A DNA stretch of 64,000 nucleotides, taken from assembly GCA_950097015.1 (NCBI GenBank), contig CATNEN010000014.1, forward strand, positions 248,001-312,000. Direction: 5' to 3'. Positions 1-14,800 of the stretch are shown here, in pieces. The position numbers were made by a program, and so were the translations under genes. The stretch is from Macrostomum hystrix. Its lineage: Eukaryota > Animalia > Platyhelminthes. Below the pieces are notes generated by a model. That model was not told the origin of the DNA and searched no databases. It was given only the letters and a program-made list of their open reading frames with translations. Position 1 is the first letter of the stretch, and each line of letters begins with the position of its first letter.

Positions 1-241
1 TCCTTGTCGCAACGCTGCCCACTAGGGCCTGCTTAAAAGCTTTCGGTCTACTAGAGAGCAAAAATGGACTAAGTTCATGCCCCGAAGATTAAGTCAATCG
101 CCTGCCAGCCACCCGTTTGAGCCATAGACTGGGAAAGCAGTTGCCCTTGAGTGCAATTTGAAAAACTCAGCATCCTTGGCATGCAAACAATTTTTTACAA
201 TTTTTTTCTGGCATGCAGCCAACATGATCTGGACTATGGTA

Positions 242-1686
242 CACTCAGCAACATTGAAAAGTTTCCACCCTCGCGCAAGTTGTATATTTAGAGTTTCAAA
301 ACTGGTTTTTGTCGCCAGACTTGTGCCATAGACGATTGATGATTTCGTCAACACGCACTTGGGCCATAGAATTCAAAAACTTGGGTCATAGACGCCAGAC
401 AAGTCGAAGGAAACAGTCACATGGAGCAGACAGCAGCATCTTACAGGAGTCTAAAATCCACGTTCGCAACCGAACGCAATGGTTCGCCAAATGACCGACC
501 TGGAACGAGCGCGCGCCATTGGCATGCTGGACGCTGGGATGTCCATCCGAGCTGTTGCTCGCCAAATTGGGCGGTCACACAGCAATCCGCAAACTGCAGA
601 TCAAGTGCAGAGAAACGGGCAGCGTGGCGCACGCCACGCGCGGCCTGCGGCTCAATATGCGCAGTACAACTAGGAGGGCGGACCGGCGATTGCTGCGAAT
701 GGTAAAGGGAAGCCCCACATTGCCAGCCACCCTGCTACGGCTGATGTGGGCTGAAAGAAGCAGGCGAGGGAATGTCCTGAGCGCCCAAACCATCCGACGA
801 CGATTGCGGGAGTCGGGGCTGCGATCCCGTAAGATGCGCAAACGGTCACGCCTGACCCCAACCCATGTGGCCAGCCGGGAACAATGGGCAATGCAAAGGG
901 TCCACTGGAGGCAGCAGCAGTGGCGGCGAGTGATTTTCACAGATGAGAGCCGCTTTCGATTGTTCCGTGCCGACGGCCGCATTCGCGTGTGGCGCCAGCC
1001 GCGCCAGGAGATGCTGCCGCAGCACGTGCAAAACTCTGAGAGCCAGTCAGCTTCTATTCACGTGTGGGCAGGCATCACAATGCACGCGAAGACGGAGCTC
1101 GTGTTCCTGGATGCGACTGTGACTGCCGAGTCGTACGCCAACCTTCTACAGACGCGCCTGCTGCCCTTCATTGATGCTTCATGTGGTGGCGTGGGGAACT
1201 GCGTCCTCCAAGACGACAACGCCCCACCGCATCGCGCAGCCGCTGTGGCGCATCTGAAGGAGCTGCTGCACCTGCGAACCTTGCGCTGGCCGTCCCGATC
1301 ACCGGACATGAATCCCATAGAGCACGTTTGGGATTACCTGAAGCGCTCGATTCGGCGCGACAATCCGCCGCAAAATGTTGCCCAACTGCGCGAATCACTG
1401 TCTACTGCATGGCAACAACTACCGCAAGATTTTCTGCGACGCCTGGTTCTGGGGATGCCCCGGAGAGTGAGCGCTCTGCTGCACTCACGTGGCTGCTATA
1501 CGCGTTACTGACCCTGTTCTGGGCGAGTTGTCACCCATGCTCGCGTACTTTGTTTCTTTGCTGTTCCTTTGCTTCGGTCGATTCCGGATTATATATTTGT
1601 CTATGGCTCAAACCACGAATATCTCCACAGACCAAAACGTTGCCCCTTCGCGCGCTAGGGTGGAAACTTTTCAATGTGGCTGAGTG
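242..1686 (+). mobile_element. Tc1/mariner DNA transposon (DD34E), full length
   Basis: 35-bp TIRs at 242-276 (CACTCAGCAACATTGAAAAGTTTCCACCCTCGCGC) and 1652-1686 (reverse complement, 2 mismatches). Flanked by TA at 240-241 and 1687-1688. Confidence 0.95.
479..1511 (+). pseudogene. Tc1 transposase with one frameshift near 570-580
   Basis: The paired-like HTH (MVRQMTDLERARAIGMLDAGMSIRAVARQIGRSH) is in one frame and the remainder is in ORF 519..1511. Catalytic motifs are VIFTDESRF, LQDDNAPPH and SPDMNPIEHVW, with 34 residues between the second D and the E. Confidence 0.9.
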
Positions 1687-2552
1687 TATATGTTTATTGT
1701 TTCCCTATTGGAATAACTGCTCGGACAGCGGACAACCATCTGCAGCATAATGTCTTTAATTTTGTTGCTACACCATGCCACCAGAAAATTAATTATATTT
1801 AGTGTATATTTAGCAGTTTTGCTATAAACGTCTGCTGCATAACATGTAATACTCATAAACATGTGCCTCACATCCACAGGATCTGAAATTGTATTCCAAT
1901 AGGGTGTTGCTGCTGAGGGGACATTAGTTCTCTGCTGCTGAGGCAATAGAATTAGCATGTACCTTAGTACCAGTAAGCTGAGTTGTATCAAACGTAAGTT
2001 TCTTTTGTAATTAATGGTAACTAATATGTTGCTAGCTAGTAAATGTTTACACAGCACCAAGATATATCAATGGAATAAATGAAAAGTGAAGCAGTTTTCA
2101 GACAAATATTCGGCTCTGCCTAGCTTAAACCATTATTTTTGGTGGCCAAGACTGCCACACACCAAGACCACAACAGCTCTGAGTCTGACTGACTACAAAG
2201 ATGAGAGAAGGTTGCCACATTACATTTTTTCTAATAGGCTAAGATTGAGGTAGTGATTGACTGCTGCATTCCAAAGGATAAATAAACAAGGGATTGCTCA
2301 CGGGCTATTATCACAAAACATTTCACATGTAGGCTTTGTGCTTATGCCGATGATACAAAGCAACTGAATTATCTACTCTGCCACCAACCCCCTTGATATA
2401 GGAAGAACTGTGCGATTTAATTACTTCAACTAGATGTTTAATTCCAGTCCAGTTTTCGAAATGTTATAAGTAGCTTTTGTGATTGCAAGCACTACATTTT
2501 GCAAACTGACGTTTGAACATTTTCTGCACATTTGTTTTCATGTGTGCTATAA

Positions 2553-5922
<3,370 letters not shown>

Positions 5923-7123
5923 GCCACCTGACTGAACGCTAATTGCCTGCGTGAAGTTGGTGCCAGGCTGACAGTTCTTTTTCATAGTAGATTAGTCTAT
6001 TCTCACAGTTTATTGATGCTGTCATTTTTCGCTGCTCTTTCGAACTTTGAATTTTTGGTATCTTTCGACCTTAGTTATTTTGTCGCTAGTTATAACAAAA
6101 GTCCTGCCTGATTTCCCTAATCAGCGCCCAACCAGTTCATTTGAGAAGTTTTCTAATTGGGATATGAGCTGCAACTCAGCCAGCGGCGGTTTTCGCTACT
6201 GAGCTACTTTTGTGAAACCCTGGAATCGGCTATTCGTAAGCTAGACTTTAACAATCAATCAGTGATTTGAGGCTTGCGACGCAAACGCTGTTTAGTGCTT
6301 ATTAAGCGGCATACATACTATACGCATAACTGTCTTATCTTGCATATAGTATATCTTAATTATTTGTTCTCAGCTTCTCATAATAAAATATAAATACAAC
6401 TCGTATTGGATTAAAATTCTACCAGCTGTACAATCGCTGACTCAGTTTTTCTTCAGTAGATCACCTGCCCCCGCTATTTGAGTTCACTTCCTAGATGGGC
6501 CAGCAGTCTGTACTTTTACGGTATTAGCTTGCCTGATAAGACAGTTAAGAGAAATAAAAAGCCTCCTCTGCTTGGCCGGAGCTATCCAGCTGCTCATTTG
6601 ATGAAGGAATGTCCTTTGAGCGAATTAAATTGTGTTTAATTCAACTGGAACCGACTCGGTCTGTCCGAGTTGCCTTCATTTCAGTAGTCCATTAAGTACA
6701 TTATTTTGTCCTATTCAGAGAAATAAACGAAGTTATCAACTAGTGTAATAAAGGTTTCAGTGTTTGCCATTTCTGGACAAAAATACTACAGTTAGCACAA
6801 TATTTATCCAATACAATTTACTGTATTTACTGCAGTTTTGTAGTTAGTAAATATTCTGTATTAAAGTATGTATATTTAGTTAGAAAAAATATTGCTCTAG
6901 TACTTCTTACTTAGCTCTGTTTGTTTATCGATCTGCGAAATCTTGACATTATTTAAAACCTGTCTAAAAGAAATATTTAATACACCTGAACATCTGGCAC
7001 ATGCTTTGGCATAAGCTAGGTTGTGCTTTTTAAATGAGCTCTAAAACAGTTCAGGATTTAGAATCAGGCTTGTTCACACTGGCTTGTTCAAGTGGTTTCT
7101 GAATCTCAAGTACGAGCGCATAA

Positions 7124-9124
7124 TCATCTTTTCATAAGCCGGCCGCGCCCACTCCCAGGTACCTCTCCTCCGATCTGGGAGGTCGTGGTGGCCGAGGCGA
7201 GTGCTGCCGCAGCTCTGCTGTGCTGCTCGCTGCTTGCGTCATCGCCCGTGTCGCCCTCGTCTTCCTCCTCGATCTCTTCGTCACCAGCTTCCTCATCCTC
7301 CTCATCTACAGTTAGGTGATAAAAATGTCCAGGAAACCTCTTGGCGCTCTCCGCCTGCCTGGTGGCCGATGCAGCCTCCGCCTCGGCAGCCGGGTCACTG
7401 GCAGGTGGCTGCACCCGGCGTAGCGCCAGGCAGTTCATTTGTGGCATCTCAGGCAGGGACGTGCTAGGGCTGTTTTCACTGCTGGCTTTGCGGCTTGAGC
7501 AGCAGTGAAAGATGTACAACAGGACGCCCATGATGGTCACTGCGACTGTTAGCAGAATCATCGTGCCGATCTCTAGCGGCCGCAGCGACTCCTGATTGGC
7601 AGCGCGCTGCGTTATTTTGGATGGGTTCCAGTATTACCAACGGGCCTAGTTTTCTACTTCACACGAGTTCGTTTGAGCTTTATATTTTTCAATGAATCGT
7701 ACACTAGACTTTCGCTGCTTTTGGATTATTGCTGCCTCTCATTTTTCAGAGAAACCTGGTCGTCACAAAAATTGTCTTACCTATTTCTGTCAGGTTCATT
7801 TTTACTTCTTACATGATTGAGATTCCGCTGCTCCATCTGCATCTGTTGGAGGGTTTTGTTCAGGGCTGCCAGACGCTGGTCCAGAGCATTGATTGCAGCA
7901 GATTTGTTGTTGCTGTGGGCTGAGGATTTAGAGCGTTACTGGGTTGCGTATCTGTTCTGTGTAACCAAATATTTGGTGACACATGCCGCCAGCTCATTCC
8001 CATTGTGCGAGCCACTAAAGCTGCAAGCCGCCAGCTCATTCCCATTGTGCGAGCCACTAAAGCTGCAAGCCGCCAGCTCATTCCCATTGTGCGAGCCACT
8101 AAAGCTGCAAGCCGCCAGCTCATTCCCATTGTGCGAGCCACTAAAGCTGCAAGCCGCCAGCTCATTCCCATTGTGCGAGCCACTAAAGCTGCAAGCCGCC
8201 AGCTCATTCCCATTGTGCGAGCCACTAAAGCTGCAAGCCGCCAGCTCATTCCCATTGTGCGAGCCACTAAAGCTGCAAGCCGCCAGCTCATTCCCATTGT
8301 GCGAGCCACTAAAGCTGCAAGCCGCCAGCTCATTCCCATTGTGCGAGCCACTAAAGCTGCAACCCTCCAGCTCATTCTGAAAACTTACCAATTGCAATCT
8401 GATTGGCAGCCGAGAGCTGCGCTACTGACTTGGCCACATTGTCAATGGTGTTCTGCTCCATAGCCAACTTAGCCTTCTCTTTGCTGACCTCATCCACTGC
8501 GCTCTTAATGCTGTCAAGGACTTCCTTGGGCACCTCCGGCCCACAGACTGTCCAGCGGCCCTTGTAGACCCGGTCCAGCGAGCACCAGAGCACATGGTAG
8601 GCGTTTCTGGTACAGTAAGAGTACTCGGTACCGTTGTACAGGAACGGGAAGTAGCAGTCCGATTCTGAGGCAAGGTCAGATTTATGATGCGACTCACGTC
8701 AATTTTTCTATAAAAAAACTCCCTTGAATTAGGGCTCACGGTAGAAAAACCATACATATTTTACCATAACAAACTTGACAACCTCTCTATAGTTCTCTAT
8801 ATCGTACATATTGTGTGTCATGTACGCAATGACCAGCTAAGTCTAGCTAAGCGATTAACGATATCCCTTGTTTTGAGCATGAGTTCCAAGAGCCTGTCTC
8901 TCTGGATCTTCACGCTTTCCGAGTCTCGATAATCTAATGAGCAATTGAGCTAATGAGCTTCATTGTTATTGTAATCTCTCAATGACATTATTATTAACTT
9001 ATTGTGAATTATCAGTTATTAGCTATTATCACAGTTTGTCATGCTCACTTGAGTAGGCGGCAACCGACGCACTGTACAGGCACAGAGCGGCAACTAGCAG
9101 CCGGGGCAGCGAACCCGGGGTCAT
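7124..9124 (-). CDS. Single-pass membrane protein: signal peptide, fibronectin type II (FN2) domain, coiled coil, TM, acidic cytoplasmic tail (about 313 aa, 4 exons)
   Basis: Exons 9124-9049 (MTPGSLPRLLVAALCLYSASVAAYS), 8664-8389 (CYFPFLYNGTEYSYCTRNAYHVLWCSLDRVYKGRWTVC, the 4-Cys FN2 pattern), 7919-7813 (AINALDQRLAALNKTLQQMQMEQ) and 7606-7124 (TM MILLTVAVTIMGVLLYIF). Phases 1, 1, 0 are consistent. Confidence 0.8.
7985..8380. repeat. 42-bp tandem repeat, about 9.5 copies, intron 2 of the FN2 gene
   Basis: Unit GCCGCCAGCTCATTCCCATTGTGCGAGCCACTAAAGCTGCAA. The array begins a few nt after the donor at 8388. Confidence 0.95.
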
Positions 9125-11862
9125 TTACTACTGCCAGTAAGGTGAGTGCCCTGATGACGTCACAGAAGCTACCATGGGCCAAGGTGGAAATTTCGCTGCC
9201 TGGAAATGCGTTGGTGCTCTATTCTGGATTCTCTGCAGACCGACTGGTCCTGGCACGTTGTCGGAACGATTCTGGAATACAATCGATGTTCAAAACTTGA
9301 GCTGATTGCTCAGACAGAATGCTCATTTTCTCCAGAGCTCCTAGGGACTACATCTATGCTAAATCGAAATATTTCTCGCTGGTTTGGGCTTGTCAAAAAT
9401 AATAGCTATTATCCAGCGATGATTTTCCCGTCATCAGTTACTGATCTATTTATCTACAACTGTCAGTCAAGTAAAATAGACAACATTGATCGTCTTATGT
9501 GTCTTGGCACTCGTTCTCCCAGTCTCGAATAGACTTGGCCCATTGCCCACTTATATCGTTCTGCATGGGCTCTTTCTGACTGCAATAAGGATTGCATCAG
9601 GAACAGAGATGAACTCCAATTAGCCCATCCAAGCTGAGCTGAGATACTCATGCTTGTTGAATTGCACTTACCACTGTATTGTAAAAATGCGACTCGCTGC
9701 AACTGATCTTGGCTTTTGAACTCGGACTTTCTGACGCGTTGCTCTGTAAGAAATACTAAGCGAAAGCTTTTGACTGTATACGATTTGATAAAGCCAAGCT
9801 TAAAGCACGCGGAGCGAAAAATACTGCTGCAGAGAAGGCGTTAGTCCGTCAGCTGCTGAGCGGCCCTCAATGGGACAATTAGCAGGCAGCGGCGCATCGA
9901 CCAGGCTGCACTGCATAGCAGGAGGCAGGTCAGCTCTGGCTTCTGTGTTCAAATCGATCTGTGCTGAGGCCCTTCTTGTGTCCTGCTTTGAGCCTATTGC
10001 GCTGTACATAAGAAGCCGTGCGTGGATGTTGATTTCTGTCCAGAGCAAACTCACACGAATCATTTAACTTAGTAATAACAAATTAACTATTGCAGCAGTT
10101 AACTTCGGTGTCCAAACTCACATTTTTCTCTAGCAAGAGGAATGTTACTAGCAAAAGAAAGTTAAGAAAGAAAAGAAAGAAACTTAAAACTGAAAGATAT
10201 TAACTTAATATTAAATTAAATTATTAAGTGAGCCTGTTTGATGTGTGCTTAAGTGGTAAGTTGCTTATGTGGCTGTAGTTGACAATGCTGCTTTCATTGT
10301 GTTTGATGGGTTGACAGGTAATCTATTGGGTTGTCAACATCCTTTTTAAAGTTAAAAGGGATGCTACTTGTCGTCATGACGTCAGTTTTCGTTTGCACAT
10401 CAGTGCCAAGCTGCGTATTGGAGCTGAGTTGCGCTGGCGACCGTGCTGTCCCTATATGAAACCTCTTCGTATAGATTCAGCAGAGCAGCGCAGAGCAGAC
10501 AAGTCAATGCAATGTTAGCGAATGGTTATGTTCATGTACCTTTTATTTTGAATTTGTTTGAAGCAAACATCGTAAATATGCAAACTGACCTACTTATGGA
10601 TGTCAGTAGTGTAAATGGCATATTACCTATAATTTACAATTCAATGTACTAGTACTGAATGAATTGGCCGTATATTTTATGAGCAGGGATAAGGTGATTC
10701 ATGAAGTCATAATAATGGAGTTATTGAGACTTAGTCGTAAGTCAAAACTGACAGAGGAAGCCCAATTTTTTGTTGCAGCCTCTGGTGGCCTCCTGCCCTT
10801 CTAAGCTGCCGATTGAAGGAAACGCAACTCTGTCACCCGCCGGGCACAGCGGGTGAACATCCTGGCTCTCATTGCACCCTCAACCGAGGGGCTGCCGCCC
10901 CAAGGCTTAGCGCGACGTCCGCGGTGCGGCCCGCCGCAGATGAAAGAGCTTGCCAAGCAAAGGCCCAAGCAAAGCAGACGAGAGCGCCAGGTTCGAGAAC
11001 TGCGAACCAGGCTCAAATAGCAAGGACGTGGCCGCGCTGTGCAGAGGCCGTGTCTGCCAAGGCCCCGCGCCCATGGCAGTGGCGGCAACGGCTGGCAGAG
11101 CAGTCACACTCGAGAAGGGCCCGGGGCCCATGGATGGGACAGCGTTAAGTAGCGCGGGGACCACACTAAAAAGCTACGCCAGCATTGAGCTTAGTTAAGC
11201 TACGACTGCTGAGCAGCCAGCAGTCATCATCATCGACTCACCGCCGAACAACAACGGGTAAAAGGGCTCCCCTGGGAGATCTCAGCGCTGGCTGAGATCC
11301 TCTGACACATTGCAATCTTTACACTGCATTAGTTTGAATTCAGTCTATTGTTACTGGGTCGTTTACCTTTCGTCCGTCAATTAGGATTATAAATCATCAG
11401 AGTGCAGCAAGAAATCTGCATTCATTTTGGAAAATATTCTCTGAAGATATGCTGCGATGAAAAAAAACTGCGCCAAAACTGCATGTACCTAGTTAAGTCC
11501 TACCTGCAGTGAAGTTGAAGAGCGCACATGTTTGTATTGTTGAGCGAGCTATTTTGAGAGAAACATCCATGCGACTCAAACAAACTGGAAACTGGAAACC
11601 GACTTTATACCATTCACCTGACCCACTTTTTAAATAAGGGGCATAAAAGAGCAATAATTTGGAATGCCTGTGCAGAAAAGTGCATCTAAAGTTCTAGGTG
11701 CAGAAAGCTACTTCTAGTTTTGCAGGGCATTTCCTGCGTTCCGGTGTATTTCTTGATTGTCTCTCCATCGTGGGACTGAGTTCTGAGCTAGTTGAGTCTT
11801 TCAGAACCTTTGTGTTTTTTTCATTTGCAAAGCAAGTTCAGCGCAAGTCGTTTATGCATTGC

Positions 11863-14800
11863 TCAATGCATCTCGGCAGTGTGGGAGTCAACAGTGTTGG
11901 CGCTGGAGGTCTGGCGGTCGACTGTCTCCAGAACCTCCTGGGCTTCCACTCGGTTAGGCCCCAGACGCAGAATAGTGTGCAGCTGCAAAGCGTGAGGAGG
12001 GGGTGGGTGTGAGATGCAGCGAATCAGTCGGGAAGCGAACTGAGTTAGGACTCGGACTACGAAGCCTTAGTATTTGAAATGAAATAATAGTAATGATTGC
12101 AGGAGGGCTGCGTGCAATGGCACATCTTTTCGGGACACATGACCAGCAGCTAACGATGAGGCAATCTGTCCATTTTGCTGACTCCTGAGCACACACGCAC
12201 ACGAATACCTTATGCAGGCATACTTCACACAGGTGAGTACATATGCCCTAACTTTCTCACCGTCAGGCACTGTACCACTTTCACTGTGCCTTGAAGGGCC
12301 CTTAAGGGCGTAAACTGCACGACAAGCCCCCAAGCCTTCTCTCCGCGGGTGCAGCCCAAATGTATGTGGCCTCGCCGTGGAATCGCGTAAAATGCTCTTC
12401 CACTCAGCCCCTCCAACTTTAGTGGTGAGTGTTCCTTGATCATTTTTACTCATGGGGAGCTAATGCAGGGTGAGCGCACCTTTGTGCCGAACACCAGACC
12501 TAGAGTAATGGTGGCGCAGCCACAGATGCAGATAGCGATAAGGAGAAGCCGCAGTTCATAGCTGGAGTCTGGCAGCACGAAGGCCACGACTGCCCCGATA
12601 AGCGCCAGGACTGTGGTGTTGTACACGCAGATTCCGATCTTCTTCGAGTCGTTTACGGCCTCAACCTGCACTGAGCGTGTTTCCCACGCGAAAACAATGG
12701 CCGCGAGCAGAAGAATGCCTGCATGATGCACATATGAGGCTGGTTATGAGAACTAATGAGCAAAGTTGATCAGCCACATGAGCAATGAATAATTACGCTC
12801 ATGTTTTCTCAGATCTGCAGTGAGTGCAGGTGTTCATACTAACTGAGGCAGTTAGAAACTTAATAACTGGCTCTTATGCTTCCCACCCGCTGCTTGTTGT
12901 TACTGACAATACTTTGCTTTAAGTCTCCTATCCCTACAATGAAATTCAATGTTGTGAAGCCGCCAATATCTGCTAAAGATGCTATGAAAAACTCTGCTGC
13001 AATATTTCCACGGTGTGATATATTATGTTTATGAAATTTTGGCTTGTAAAGTAAAGTGATTGTTTGGTTTTCGAAGTTCTCAAACTTCAGCATTGTAAAC
13101 TATCAATTGTATATAAATCATTGTGAAATTTCAACGTGGTGACATTTCGGGATTTTGAAAGCGCCCCTTTCACTCATGTGCCAAGCCGAGTTGCAAGGCT
13201 TGACGAGCGATCCGCAACGCCAATGGCTAACAGCATTAACCTCTGTGACCTCTGTCCACCTGTCCTTGCGTGCATGGCTTTTGGCAAGTTTCGACTGTCA
13301 CATTTCGTCTTTTCTGCTAGCTGCGAAATAATCCTAAAAACTGTTTATCGATCAGAATAAATTAATTACTGAGGCACGAACCTTTGGTTCCGAGTTCAGC
13401 ACCCAGCCAGGTCGCTGGATTGCGGCTGACGCACTGCTGGAGCCTGTTCCTCAGAGTAGAGCCGTCATATCTCTCCTGAGTTAGAAGACCAGGTGCCATA
13501 ATGCAATAATGATCCCTAGAATCTGCGCTAATTTGGACAGCTGAGTTTAACATCTGAACCTCCGTTCTTTTTTTAGATTTAAAATTGAAGTCTGTAAATT
13601 TAGTGATTTGTGCGGCATTTATCAATTGTAAATCGCACCTCAACCAGAAATTCGATGGTTTGTAGTTTTATTGGATCGAGGCCGGCCCAAAGACCTAGCA
13701 GAATAATATCCACCAGCATTACGATGCCAATAAAGAGCCCCAGGTAATGAAGCTTGACCGGCTAAAAGTCAAAAAGTACAAATTATTTATATTTTTAGTA
13801 TAGTTTTCAGGAAGCTGTCAGTTGAGCTAGTTTAATCTCACCACACTGCGCAGCTTGACGTTGGTGAAGATCCGATGCACCCACCAGGTCTTGGCCAGCA
13901 TGGCGCCGAAGGCGGTGGAGTAGCCGAGCGTCAGCAGAGCCGTCTGGGCCCAGCACCTGAAAGTGCTCACTGGCCAGTAGGAGTTAACGGCCATCACTAT
14001 GCAGGACGCATAGCACATGAGGCAACCAGCGCCGATCACATTGTTCACCAAAGGACTGCTCATCTTGATGAGGCGCAGCTCCCTGAAGTGAAAATTGACT
14101 GCCACCGCCGCCACGGACAGCGCGATGCCTATCGAAGATACCGAGATGACGGAGACAGCAGCCGGCATGCTGAGTGTCAAATTGCTGGTGACAACTTCCG
14201 GAACGTCCATCGGAGGTTGTCCACCTGATTTATTTTGTCGGCGTCAAAACAGGTAATTGTGAGTCCTATTTTCAAGCAAGTCAAAGCAGGAAATGTTTAG
14301 AAAGGTACTAGTTTTAGATCGTTCTTTAGTGCTGTATCGAACATACCTGCATAAAGTAGCATATTATTTAATATAATTCGCACATTTCATTAACTACAGC
14401 TCGCGCATTGCTGGTCTTACCAACGAACCAAAAATTTGTTAGCCACGTGATGTTGTTGTAGGCAGGGTCATACATCGCCACGAGGTTTCTTTTTAGACCT
14501 GGATGTCCAATGGTAAGAATTTCCAACTTAAATTTCCGAGTGCAATACTAGCACATTTTGTAGAGTTAATAGTACATTCTGTATGATGCGATATACATTC
14601 ATTCTCACCTCGTAGCTGGTAGAAGCGAATGATGGACAGTCTGTCTCCTCTGTCATCGAACCTCACTCGGCCCTTAAATCATTCGTAGACTAAGAATTTT
14701 AATTCATGGACTCTGGGAACCATACGATTGCAGCCAACTGAAAAGCCTTGCAGAATTGACTTTGCCACCACCACCGCCAATTTAAAGCTTTGCTTACCGA

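Noticed and set aside
9463-10067. Short ORFs upstream of the FN2 gene
   Set aside because: No recognisable motif and no phase-consistent splice model.
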